NCBI GenBank assembly: GCA_963700285.1 | Contig: CAVOXA010000022.1 | Span: 224,001-288,000 of the forward strand | Reading direction: 5' to 3' | DNA: 64,000 bases | Source of the DNA: an uncultured Chloroflexia bacterium | GTDB lineage: Bacteria; Chloroflexota; Anaerolineae; JAAYZQ01 | Shown here: in pieces, positions 21,338-31,305 of the stretch | How the letters are laid out: each line of letters begins with the position of its first letter | Position numbering within the stretch: the stretch's first letter is position 1 | Program-made: the position numbers and the translations under genes | The notes under the pieces: model-generated | Told to the model about the DNA's origin: nothing | What the model saw: the letters and a program-made list of their open reading frames with translations, nothing else | Databases searched by the model: none

Positions 21338-21424
21338 CGCGAAGGACACGAAAGGGGCGAAAGACACGAAAGGGGGAGTCGCACCTTTCGCGCCTTTCGC
21401 CCAATTTCGCGCTTTTCGTGTTCC
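21338..21424. repeat. Imperfect inverted repeat (CGAAA/TTTCG-rich) between the CHAT and S8 genes
   Basis: CACGAAAGGGGCGAAAGACACGAAA ... TTTCGCGCCTTTCGCCCAATTTCGCGCTTTTCGTG. Confidence 0.55.
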
Positions 21425-21461
21425 AAAGGCCCGACCCAAGGTAAAAGAAAGGAGCCGAGCC

Positions 21462-22683
21462 ATGGACACAGACACCTATCTCATCCTGCGCGTCACGGGC
21501 ACCAGGGGGCCGGCCTACGACCCCCTCCGGCCCTCCACCTGGCCCAAGGGCGTTTCAGGGCGAACCGGCGGCCGCGCCCGACTACCAGGTCGAGGCCCAG
21601 GCGCTGGACGCCCGCGACTACCGCGAGGCGCGCAGCGACCCCCAGGTCGCCGGCCTGGCCCGGCCCATGCCCCTGCGGCTCATCGAGCCGGTCCCAATGG
21701 CGTCGGATGACGCCGCCGCGGCCAACGCCTATGGCGCCACCTGGGGCGTGTACGTCACCGGCGCCTTGCAGAGCCCCTACGTGGGCCGCGGCGTGACCGT
21801 GGCCGTGCTGGACACGGGCATCGACGCCGGCCACGAGGCGTTCCAGGGCCTGACCCTGGTCCAGAAGGATTTCACCGGCGAGGGCGACGGCGACGCCCAC
21901 GGCCACGGCACCCACGTGGCCGGCACGATCTTCGGCCAGACGGTCGGCGGCACCCGCTACGCCGTGGCGCCCGGCGTGCGCCGCGCCCTCATCGGCAAGG
22001 TGCTGGGCCAGGAGACCTCGGCCACGACGGCGGAACTGGTGGCCGCCATCCAGTGGGCGGTGGACGAGGGCGCGTCGGTCGTCAACATGTCGCTGGGCTT
22101 TGACTTTCCGGGGCTGGTCCAGTGGTGGGCGGGGCAGGGCCTGGAGATCGACCTGGCCACCTCGCGGGCCCTGGCCCAGTACCGGGACAACGTGCGCTTT
22201 TTCGACAGCCTGGTCGGCCTGCTGCGCGCCCGCGGCGCCCTGGAGCCCAGCGCCCTGCTCGTCGCCGCCGCCGGCAACGAGAGCAAGCGCCAGGTCCGGG
22301 CCGACTATGCCATCGAGGCCGGGCCGCCCGCCGCGGCCGAGGGCATCGTGGCCGTGGCCGCCCTGCGCAGCCTGGGCCCGCCCCACGACACGCTGGCGGT
22401 GGCGCCCTTTTCCAACACCCGCGCCGCCGTGGCCGGGCCGGGCATGGACGTCTATTCGGCCCGGGCGGGCGGCGGCTATACGACCATGAACGGCACCAGC
22501 ATGGCCAGCCCCCACGCCGCCGGCGTGGCCGCGCTCTGGGCCGAGCGGCAGCTCAATCGCAGCGGCTCGGTGACCATCAGCGGCCTCAGGTCCCGGCTGC
22601 GGGGCACCGCTACCCTGGACAAGATCCTGGACGCGGACTATATGGACGTCGGCGACGGGCTGGTCGCCGCGCCGCAGGACTGA
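21462..22683 (+). CDS. S8 family subtilisin-like serine protease without a signal peptide (one frameshift near 21560)
   Basis: Catalytic triad motifs VAVLDTG, HGHGTHVAG and GTSMASP, oxyanion AAGN; SD AAGGAG before ATG 21462. Confidence 0.9.
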
Positions 22684-22688
22684 GAAGC

Positions 22689-23082
22689 GCCGGCTACGAA
22701 CGGGTGGCTGCCGGGTGGGGACCCGTTCGTAGTGCGCGTTTCAACGCGCTCTCGCCGGCCACGAACGGGTGGCTGCCGGGTGGACCCGTTCGTAGCGCGC
22801 GTTTCAACGCGCTCTCGCCGGCCACGAACGGGGGCTGCCGGGTGTGGACCCGTTCGTAGTGCGCGTTTCAACGCGCTCTCGCCGGCCACGAACGGGCGGC
22901 TGCCGGGTGGGGACCCGTTCGTAGTGCGCGTTTCAACGCGCTCTCGCCGGCCACGAACGGGTGGCTGCCGGGTGGGGACCCGTTCGTAGTGCGCGTTTCA
23001 ACGCGCTCTCGCCGGCCACGAACGGGTGGCTGCCGGGTGGGGACCCGTTCGTAGTGCGCGTTTCAACGCGCTCTCGCCGGCC
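22689..23082. repeat. Tandem array of 6 x about 65-bp REP-like palindromic units
   Basis: CCCGTTCGTAG starts at 22722, 22785, 22849, 22914, 22979 and 23044; each unit has ACGAACGGG..CCCGTTCGT and GCGCGTT-TC-AACGCGC hairpins. Confidence 0.9.
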
Positions 23083-23842
23083 CCTCAAAAAAGCCACAGA
23101 AACGCTCAAACCCCAGCCGCTCATAGATGCGCACCGCCCCCTCGTTGGCCTGGCCGACGTTGAGCACGACGTCGTCGATGCCCTGCGCCAGCAGCGCCTC
23201 CACGACGGCGCCGGTCGCCGCCGTGCCATGGCCCCGGCCGCGATAGCCGGGGTGGGTAAAGACGTTGCCCACGGCGGCCACGCCGTAGGTTGGGCTGGCC
23301 AGGTGGGTGCCGCCCACGGAAACCAGCTCTCCCTGCTCATAGATCCCGCAAAATACCCCCTGCTCGATCTGGGCCGGGCTGAAGGCCAGGCCGCCGCCCA
23401 GCTCGTACAGCGCCGCCAGCCGCCCGGCGTCGCCGGCACGCAGCCGGACGCAAGGGGCCGCCGTGGGTTGGAACCTCGACGGCCGCAGCACCATGCGCCA
23501 CATGGGCACCGGCTCCGGCCAGTCGTAGAACTCGCGGGCCAGCGGCACCTGCTCCGGCCGGCAGGTCAGATAGACCGGGTCGGGGCGCAGCTCCTGCTCG
23601 AGGATGGCCCGCAGGCCGCCCGCCGTCCCGGCCAGGAACAGGGCGGCGGGGGTCAGGCCGCGATAGTGCAGGACCAGCGCCTGCTGGACGCCGGCCTGCC
23701 AGGCCCCGGCCCAGGTGCAGTCCTCGAACAGCCCCGGCTCCAGGTCGCCGATGGCATAGGCCGTGTAGAGGCGGTCCTGCTCCAGGTAGGCCAGGATCTG
23801 GGCCCGGTCCTCGAGCCTGGAGGTGTGGTAGGCTGAGGTCAT
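23063..23842 (-). CDS. GNAT family N-acetyltransferase
   Basis: AVGNVFTHPGYRGRGHG, N..A.RIYERLGF; SD GGAGG; the stop codon lies inside the last REP unit. Confidence 0.88.
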   Translation of the reverse strand: MTSAYHTSRLEDRAQILAYLEQDRLYTAYAIGDLEPGLFEDCTWAGAWQAGVQQALVLHYRGLTPAALFLAGTAGGLRAILEQELRPDPVYLTCRPEQVPLAREFYDWPEPVPMWRMVLRPSRFQPTAAPCVRLRAGDAGRLAALYELGGGLAFSPAQIEQGVFCGIYEQGELVSVGGTHLASPTYGVAAVGNVFTHPGYRGRGHGTAATGAVVEALLAQGIDDVVLNVGQANEGAVRIYERLGFERFCGFFEGPARAR

Positions 23843-23956
23843 TCCTTCCTCCCACGCAGCAACATGGCGGTTGCCCCTGTCTGGGGCTGATCCCGCCGCC
23901 CCAAGCCCTCCGGTCACGGACCGGAGGAGAGCAGCGCCGAGGAGCGGCGCAGATGG

Positions 23957-25321
23957 CTAGCGCACCACCAGTGGCAGCCAGAGCGCGTGGGGGACCCAGG
24001 CGTGCCCATAGATCTGGCTGCTCACGGTCGGGTCGCCGGTCGCATCGCCTTCAAAGGCGATGAGATAGGTGGGCGGGCTCGCTGCTACCGCGGGACTGCT
24101 CTCCTCCCAGAACTCTGCCCCGGGGACACTGAGCCACTCCGCCGCCAGTCCTTCGCCCCAGCGCCGCGCGGCGATCGCCTGCCCGTTGGGCATCGCCCGC
24201 TGCCAGACGGCCAGATATTCGGGCGGGCTGTCCCGGCTGGCCACGATGACGGGTTGTGTTTCGTCCTGGGCCAGGTTGCTGACGGCGAACCACGTCCCCA
24301 CGGTTGCGCCCTTCTTGTTCACCTTGCGGGCATAGATATCGCGGTCTGTTGGCTGGAACTCGTACTCCCAGACGGCCAGATAGTCGCCCTTGCCGTCGGC
24401 GGTCACGCGTGGCGCGGTCTGGTTCTGGACCCCCGAGTGGATCTTGATCGCCCCTGGTGGGTTGACCACGGCATTGTCGTGGCTTATCCGCAGGCCATAA
24501 ATATCGTCGCCGGTGGTCTCCAGGCTGTACGACCGGACAAAGACCACAAAGTACTCGTCCTCGGCCCAGCCGTAGGCCACGTCGGCCTGGTGGGGATAGG
24601 TAGAGGTGGTGAGAACGCGGCCCTGCAACAGATTGCCTTCGTTGTCTAGGAGCACGCTGGAGACGTCGGTGGGGTGATGCGGAGTTGTCGTATCAAAAGC
24701 CGTCCAGACGACCAGGTACTGGTTCCGGTTGTGGTTCCAGGCCACGCGTGGCGCCACCATTGATCGGTCCGGCCAGGAGATGATCTTGAACTCGGGTTTC
24801 TGGTAGGATCCGTCCCAGGCGACGATCCGGCCCCAGATCTCGTACTGGGTCCCGTTGCCGCTGGCGTCGTACATCCAGACGATCAGGTACTCGGCGTCCG
24901 CGGCGTTGTAAGCGGCCGCCGGTCGAATCCGGTCGCTGGCCCCCGTTGTGATGGCGAGCCAGCTCAGCTTGCGGCCGTGCTGGGTTACGCGCCGGGCATA
25001 GATGTCCCTCCGCCCGTCAGGCCACTCGTTGTCCCAGACCACCAGGTATTCGCCTCGGACATAGTTGGCCGCGATGGCGGGGGAGTGCCGGTCCGCTTGG
25101 GGCATGCCGGCTGCCTCGGAGATCCAGATCTCGGGGCTGAGACGCCCCTGGTGGGCCCTGTTTTCCCCCGGCGACGCGCCGGCCAGTGGAGTTTTTCCCC
25201 CCTCCTGCGGGGCGGTGGGAGCCCCGGCGGCCGGGAATGCCCGCCCCGTGGAGAATGCCCGCGGCGGCAGCAGCACAACGGCCGCGATCAGCAGCGCGAA
25301 CGACAGCTTCCGGGCGAACAT
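23957..25321 (-). CDS. Secreted repeat protein, probable beta-propeller
   Basis: Signal peptide; repeats of P..AYN....YLVVW....DIYARRV; C-terminus ALWLPLVVR. Confidence 0.8.
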   Translation of the reverse strand: MFARKLSFALLIAAVVLLPPRAFSTGRAFPAAGAPTAPQEGGKTPLAGASPGENRAHQGRLSPEIWISEAAGMPQADRHSPAIAANYVRGEYLVVWDNEWPDGRRDIYARRVTQHGRKLSWLAITTGASDRIRPAAAYNAADAEYLIVWMYDASGNGTQYEIWGRIVAWDGSYQKPEFKIISWPDRSMVAPRVAWNHNRNQYLVVWTAFDTTTPHHPTDVSSVLLDNEGNLLQGRVLTTSTYPHQADVAYGWAEDEYFVVFVRSYSLETTGDDIYGLRISHDNAVVNPPGAIKIHSGVQNQTAPRVTADGKGDYLAVWEYEFQPTDRDIYARKVNKKGATVGTWFAVSNLAQDETQPVIVASRDSPPEYLAVWQRAMPNGQAIAARRWGEGLAAEWLSVPGAEFWEESSPAVAASPPTYLIAFEGDATGDPTVSSQIYGHAWVPHALWLPLVVR

Positions 25322-25815
25322 GGTACCTCCCTTCTACCTACTCTATCCCATCGCGACCGGATCGCCAGAACCCGCAGATCCCATTATAGTTGAGCAAGGG
25401 CCGCCTGTCAACCCTGGGCGACCTTGTACTGTGCCTATCATCTGGGGATTGGTGGTTTCTACTGAAAACAGTCTACTCCATACCGTCCCCGGATTACACC
25501 CAAAACTCCTCCCTGAAGGGGATAGATGCAGCGGCGCGCCTGTGCTATAATGGTTCCATTGACCTTGCTGCGGCGGTCTTCCCAGGGCCGCCGCCGGCTG
25601 GATGGGCATGGTTGCCACAGCTGCTTGGTTGGCCTGGGCCCCTCGGAGGCGGTGCTGTCTGGAGGGCCAAACACCCTCTGGCGGCCATACCCAGTGGCTG
25701 TGTGTTTGCGAAGCGGTTGCGGGCAGCGGGATGGCCTGCGAGGAGGTGTTGCCAATGTAAGACCGGCTCCGGGTTTGGCTCTCTATCAATATCCATCTCA
25801 GGGAGGAGTGAAACG

Positions 25816-26319
25816 ATGAAAAAGACTAGATTGGTCGTGCTTATTGTGTTGGCGTTACTGCTGGTGATCGCGTCCACAGCCTGGGCCGCGCCGGCCGAGG
25901 CCGCGCCGGCGGCCAAGAAAGCAGCCTGCGGCAGTTGCACCTACCACGTGAAAAAGGGCGACACCCTGTATTCCATTGGCGTGCGATTCGGGGTATCGGC
26001 CAAGACGCTGAAGAACTGCAACCGCATCAAGAACGCCAACAAGATCTATGTGGGCCAGAAGCTGGTGGTGCCCTGCAAAAAGGTGGCCAAGCACCCCGTA
26101 AAGCCGCCCAAGAGACCGCCCGTAAAGCCGCCCGCCAAGCGCACCCCGAACTGCCGAATACTCTATGTTGTCCAGCCGGGCGATACGCTGTCCGGAATCG
26201 CCAGGTACACCTGTTCGACGGTGGGTGCCATCTCCCAGCGGAACCACATCTGGAACCCAAATTGCATCCGTTCGGGCCAGAGGCTCTGCATCCCCATCCG
26301 GCCCTATTGGTGCAGGTAG
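25816..26319 (+). CDS. Secreted LysM x2 peptidoglycan-binding protein
   Basis: Signal peptide; [24 protein letters not shown] and [13 protein letters not shown]; Pro/Lys linker. Confidence 0.9.
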   Translation: MKKTRLVVLIVLALLLVIASTAWAAPAEAAPAAKKAACGSCTYHVKKGDTLYSIGVRFGVSAKTLKNCNRIKNANKIYVGQKLVVPCKKVAKHPVKPPKRPPVKPPAKRTPNCRILYVVQPGDTLSGIARYTCSTVGAISQRNHIWNPNCIRSGQRLCIPIRPYWCR

Positions 26320-26409
26320 ACCCGATGACACGATGAGACCTGGCAGGTTTCAGCATCCGCCGGATGCCCAGCATCCGCCCTGTCAGGTCTCTTGACCTGC
26401 AAATTGACC

Positions 26410-27273
26410 ATGCCCCAACCCACAATCCGCATGCTTGGCCCTGGCGACGAAGGCTTGCTGGAGGCCTTTTTGCTGCCCCGCGTGGCGACCTCCATGTTTC
26501 TCATCGGCAACATGCGCGATGCCGGCCTGGCCGACCAGGGCCAGCGCTACCAGGGCGCCTACGCCGCCGCCTTTGAGGGCGGGCAGATCGCGGCCGTGGT
26601 CGCCCACTATTGGAACGGAAACCTGGTCCTGCAGGCACCGCGCCACCTGGACGCCCTGCAGATGGCTGCCGTCGCGGCCTCGGGCCGGCCCATCCAGGGC
26701 ATCCTCGGCCCCGATGAGCAGGTAGCAGCCGCCAGGCAAGTGCTCGACATAAACGACTCCCGCGTCCGGCTGGACGAGACCGAAAAGCTCTACAGCCTCT
26801 CTCTGGCCGACCTGAGGACGCCGGAGCCCCTGCGCTCGGGCCGGCTCCGCGGGCGGCGCATCGAGCCCCGCGACCTGGATCTCATCGTGCAATGGCACGT
26901 GGCCTTTAGCCTAGAGTCGCTGGGCGAGGTGGATAGCCCGGAACTGCGCGCGCAGGAACGGGCTACGATACAGAGCCTGCTGCAGGAAGGGCGCACCTGG
27001 ATCCTCGAGGACCGCGGCCAGCCCGTGGCCACCAGTTCCTTCAACGCCTCCATCGCGGAGGCGGTACAGATCGGTGGCGTTTGGACCCCGCCCGAATTGC
27101 GCAGCCGCGGCTACGGCCGGGCAGCGGTCGCCGCCTCGCTGCTCGACGCTCGGAATGAGGGCGCCACCACGGCCATTCTTTTCACCCCGCAGGGCAACAT
27201 CCCCGCCCAGCGGGCCTACGAAGCCCTGGGCTTCCGGCACATTGGCGAGTACCGCCTGCTCCTGCTTCACTGA
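26410..27273 (+). CDS. GNAT family N-acetyltransferase
   Basis: VQIGGVWTPPELRSRGYG, NIPAQRAYEALGF. Confidence 0.88.
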   Translation: MPQPTIRMLGPGDEGLLEAFLLPRVATSMFLIGNMRDAGLADQGQRYQGAYAAAFEGGQIAAVVAHYWNGNLVLQAPRHLDALQMAAVAASGRPIQGILGPDEQVAAARQVLDINDSRVRLDETEKLYSLSLADLRTPEPLRSGRLRGRRIEPRDLDLIVQWHVAFSLESLGEVDSPELRAQERATIQSLLQEGRTWILEDRGQPVATSSFNASIAEAVQIGGVWTPPELRSRGYGRAAVAASLLDARNEGATTAILFTPQGNIPAQRAYEALGFRHIGEYRLLLLH

Positions 27274-27343
27274 TCCCTTGATGGGCGCAGGTCACCTCAA
27301 GACTTTCAAAGTTTTCTGAAACTTTGGAAATCTGACGTCCCAG

Positions 27344-27904
27344 CTAGTGATGGTGATGATGGTGATGCTCGTGCAGGTGCTCATGCGGCACGGCCTCCAG
27401 CTCAAAGTCCTTCTCCCCGGCGCGGATTGCCACCTGGAGCCGGTTCTCCGGTGGGGGAAAGGGACAGCTATAGTGCGCCGAGTAGGCACACCAGGGATTG
27501 TAGGCCAGGTTAAAGTCCACTTCAAAACGGTCCCGGCCCACCGGCTCGATCTCCAGGTAGCGTCCGGCGCCGTAGGTTTCCCGCCCGCTGGTGGCATCGG
27601 CAAAGGGCACAAAGGCCTCGCCGTCGCCCGCCGAATAGACGGTCAGCTCGGCCGGCTGGCCCTCTACCTCAAAGCGGAACCTGCCATAGCGGACATAGTC
27701 CTGGACGTCACCCGTGCTCGTCTGCATCTTGATCGTCTGTGGATCCTTGAATCGCTCCACCTTGACCTCAAAGCGCAGGTCCGGGTTTTCCGGGTAGTAG
27801 GCCAGGCCCGAAAAGCTTTGCCGTAGGGCAGGCGGCAGCGGTGACTGCGCGTCCTCCCTGAAAAAGTGGTCCTTGTTCGCGCGAAACTCGGCTAGTTGTG
27901 ACAT
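27344..27904 (-). CDS. DUF1684 family protein with His-rich tail
   Basis: PFADATSGRETYGAGRYL, DFNLAYNPWCAYS..YSCP.PP.ENRL...IRAGEK; ends HEHLHEHHHHHHH. Confidence 0.88.
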   Translation of the reverse strand: MSQLAEFRANKDHFFREDAQSPLPPALRQSFSGLAYYPENPDLRFEVKVERFKDPQTIKMQTSTGDVQDYVRYGRFRFEVEGQPAELTVYSAGDGEAFVPFADATSGRETYGAGRYLEIEPVGRDRFEVDFNLAYNPWCAYSAHYSCPFPPPENRLQVAIRAGEKDFELEAVPHEHLHEHHHHHHH

Positions 27905-28147
27905 TTTCTCTCCTATGTCTGCGGTTTTGCCAGCGTCAAGGTCATCGTTCCCTTGCTCCAGTCCTCTGGACGCGTCCTGCTTGTCCGATCTTACGACCTC
28001 AGAGGTTGGGGAAACCTTCCGAAGTCCAGATCCGCCAATCCCGCCCATCCGTGTTCCAAACGAGCCCCCGGAACCCCGACTTGACTTGAGCCGCGATCCT
28101 GCTACAATCCACCACACAAACCACAACCATCGAGAGCAGGTGACAGG

Positions 28148-28942
28148 ATGCAGATAAGATCCATAGAGAACGCGGTAGACTGGGTCAAAACAGCGGGTGC
28201 CATCGCCCTACAGGCTCAACAGGGGGACGACTTTGTGCGGAGAAGCTACAAGGCGGACGGATCCGTCCTGACCGAGATAGACAAGCGGGTCGAGGACTAT
28301 ATGGTGGCGCAGATCTTGGAGGCCTACCCCCAGGCCAACATCGTCACCGAAGAGACACCTTTGCCTTTCGATCCCGCCAAGGCCTACACCTTTGCCCTGG
28401 ACCCCATCGACGGTACCGATGTCTTTAGCCTGGGCATGCCCGGCTGGTGCGTGTCGCTGGGGCTGCTGGACAGGGAGCTGGCGCCGGTGGCCGGCATTCT
28501 GTACTCCCCCAGGTTGGATCTGCTCCTCTTTGCCGACCTGGGCCAGCCCCTGCGCGGCCAAGGCTGCGAGATCGTGCCGCCGCGCACGGTGGATCTGGCC
28601 TCCGCCCGGTCGAGCCTGATGGCCTCATCCCGGATCCACCGCCACCTGGACCTGGGGCCCTACGTGGGCAAGGTGCGCAGCATCGGCAGCGCCGCCCTGC
28701 ACCTCAGCTTCCCGCTGATCTATCCTACGGTAGATGGCGCCCTCCAGCACCGGGGCGTCCACATCTGGGATCTGGCCGGGGCGCACGCGCTGCTGCGCTC
28801 CCACGGTCTGGACCTGGCCTATCTGGGCGGGCAGCCCGTAGACTATGGCCCGCTGCTGGACGGCAGCGCCACCCGGGAGGTCATCGTCGCCGGCTCGTCC
28901 CAGGCGGTCGAGGGCCTGCGCCGGCTCCTGCCCAGGCACTGA
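28148..28942 (+). CDS. Inositol monophosphatase family protein
   Basis: TEE, LDPIDGT, RSIGSAAL, WDLAGA motifs. Confidence 0.9.
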   Translation: MQIRSIENAVDWVKTAGAIALQAQQGDDFVRRSYKADGSVLTEIDKRVEDYMVAQILEAYPQANIVTEETPLPFDPAKAYTFALDPIDGTDVFSLGMPGWCVSLGLLDRELAPVAGILYSPRLDLLLFADLGQPLRGQGCEIVPPRTVDLASARSSLMASSRIHRHLDLGPYVGKVRSIGSAALHLSFPLIYPTVDGALQHRGVHIWDLAGAHALLRSHGLDLAYLGGQPVDYGPLLDGSATREVIVAGSSQAVEGLRRLLPRH

Positions 28943-28999
28943 GCGCGCCCCGCTGGATCCGGGCCATCGCACCGGCGGCGCAGAACCCTTGGCGAAGGC

Positions 29000-29342
29000 A
29001 GTGTATGCTTGTCTGGCCAGGCGGGAATCCACACCACCGGTAACCGTTACCGCCGCAGAGTGGATGCCCGCTAGAACCATGCGGGCATGACAGGTGAGCG
29101 CTGGTGGTCATGACGTGCACCGAAATGATGCGCTGCGTTGGCCAGGGAACGGTTCAATTCCGGCGGAAATGCCACCAAGCTGATCTGTCATTCCCGCATG
29201 CTTTTGGCGGGAATCCACACCACCGGCAAGCGTTACCGCCGCAGAGTGGATGCCCGCTAGAACCATGCGGGCATGACAGGATCGTTGGTGGATGCCCGCT
29301 AGAACCATGCGGGCATGACAGGATCGTTGGTGGATGCCCGCC
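29000..29342. repeat. Cluster of REP-like elements (GGCGGGAATCCAC / TGGATGCCCGCTAGAACCATGCGGGCATGACA)
   Basis: TGGATGCCCGCTAGAACCATGCGGGCATGACAGG occurs three times; GGCGGGAATCCACACCACCGG occurs twice. Confidence 0.8.
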
Positions 29343-29519
29343 GGGACGAAGCGGACAGTCACCCTTTGTCCTTCGCTCACACAGGGCCCGACCCAACTCA
29401 AACTGCCACCGAAAGATATGCACCGGCGCTGGCGACACCTGTTGTTCGCGGGCTGGATCTGTGGTAAAATACTGCGGCACAAAAAACATCTCCATTCAAA
29501 CCTCGAGAGGAATTGCCCA

Positions 29520-29855
29520 ATGAAGACACACGTGCTGTTCATCCTGGTCATCACATCCTTGCTGCTGGCTGCTTGCGGCGGGACGGCCCAGCCGCCGGCG
29601 ACGGTTGCCCCGGAGAACGTGATCCGGGCTACCTTTGTCTGCCCCGATGGAACCAGCATCGAGGCGGTCTTTGACAACGCTGCTGATACGGTCACCGTCA
29701 CCCTGCCCGACGGTACGCTGACCCTGCCCCACGTCGAGTCCGGATCCGGCGCCAGATACAGTGACGGCACCACAACCTTCTGGAACAAGGGCGACGAGGC
29801 CCTGGTCGAGGTGGACGGCCAGATCGTCTACGAAAGCTGTGTGACGCAGGACTGA
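29520..29855 (+). CDS. MliC/PliC-like lipoprotein (lysozyme-inhibitor family)
   Basis: Lipobox LLAAC; SGSGARY and FWNKGDEA signature with a Cys pair. Confidence 0.82.
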   Translation: MKTHVLFILVITSLLLAACGGTAQPPATVAPENVIRATFVCPDGTSIEAVFDNAADTVTVTLPDGTLTLPHVESGSGARYSDGTTTFWNKGDEALVEVDGQIVYESCVTQD

Positions 29856-30041
29856 GGGGGTTGGGCCATCTGTGGGCATACGCGGACGCGCCATCGCGCT
29901 GGAGCTGCCCTTTTTGCCCTGCGGGCTGTGGCTGCTGTGCGGCCACCCGCGGGCGGCCGCGCCCGCTGGATATCCAGATAACGACAGATTCCCGTCAGGC
30001 GGATCCGGGCGAAAGCATGTAGACTGCTTGGCAGGAGAACC

Positions 30042-30165
30042 ACGAAATCACTCGTAGTCTATGACTCGCGCTTTGGCAACACAAAGATCATCGCCGAGGC
30101 CATCGGCGAGGCCCTTCCCTGTGAAGTGGAGGTCCTGTATGCGGCCGACGCACGCATCGGATCCG
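30042..30165 (+). pseudogene. Flavodoxin N-terminal remnant
   Basis: AGGAG followed by ACG (mutated start), then KSLVVYDSRFGNTKIIAEAIGEAL; decays afterwards. Confidence 0.65.
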
Positions 30166-30377
30166 TGACCCGATGCTGCATGCAAAGGCGGGAAGAACCG
30201 CCCGATCGCGGACCGATTGCCAAGGCCTACCGCGGGCTTGGCTTGCGGAGAACAACCAACATCCCTGCCTTGAAGCGCGACCAGCGCAGGAAGACGAGGG
30301 GGCTGAGTTAGCGTCTGAAGGAGAGATGGACGAAACCCATCGCCAGCAGCACGGGCATAACGTAGAAAGGCGTTACG

Positions 30378-31290
30378 GTGAGCGCACAGATCTTTTACTT
30401 TTCAGGGACAGGCAACTCGCTGCATGTGGCCAGGCTGCTGCAGGAGCGCCTGCCGGGGGCCGAGCTGATCCCCATCATTGCTCTGGCCGGTGATGGACCG
30501 GTAGTCGCCAGCTGGGGAAACGGTGGGCTTTGTATTCCCCCACTATGCTTCCAGTCTGCCCAAGGTGGTCAGCGATTTTATCGAGAGACTTGACCTGGCC
30601 GCGGCCCGGTACCTGTTCGCCATCGCCACCCGGAGCGGCACCCGGACGCTGGCCTTTGTGGAGATTGACAAAATCCTGAAAAAGAAGGGCCGGCGTCTGG
30701 ATTCCTTCTTTGTCCTCACCATGGGCTCCAGTACTGAACCGCTGCTCCAGCGCTATGCCAGCCGGATCACGGCGGAGCGTATCGGCAAGCTAGAAGCAGA
30801 CATGCTGGCCCGGCTGGACGCGATCCAAAAGACCATCGTGGCTCGGGAGGTCAACCGGGATGAGGATACGGGGGCCGCCAACGTGCCCGCTCCCTGGCTG
30901 GTTCCCTTCATGCCACTGCTCGAGGCCGTAGCCCCTCTGCTGTTGCCGCTGGGTAAGCTGGCCGAGTCCAGCTTTGAATTCTATGTCGATGACAGGTGCG
31001 TGGCTTGTGGGGTCTGCGAGCAGATCTGTCTTTCTGGCAAGGTCCGGCTGGTGGCTGGAGCGCCCGTATGGACGGAGGGGGTGGAATGCCACGGTTGCTT
31101 TGCCTGCCTGAACTTCTGCCCGGAAGAAGCGGTCCAGGTTGCATCCAGGTGGTATCTGAGATCGCATACGGAGACAAACGGACGCTACCACCATCCGCAG
31201 ATCACGGCCGGCGACATCGCGGCGCAGAAAACGGCGGATGGGTTGTTTTTGCCAGGAGCGCAGCGACAAAGCAATCTCCCTTTGACATAA
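30378..31290 (+). CDS. EFR1-type flavodoxin-ferredoxin fusion (frameshift near 30515)
   Basis: IFYFSGTGNS, VGFVFP.Y, CVACGVCEQIC and CHGCFACLNFCP, RYHHP. Confidence 0.85.
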
Positions 31291-31305
31291 GAAAAGGAGG
31301 ACAGG

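Noticed and set aside
22689-23082. CRISPR array or repeat-encoded peptides
   Set aside because: There are no unique spacers, and the ORFs across it are translations of the palindromic repeat.
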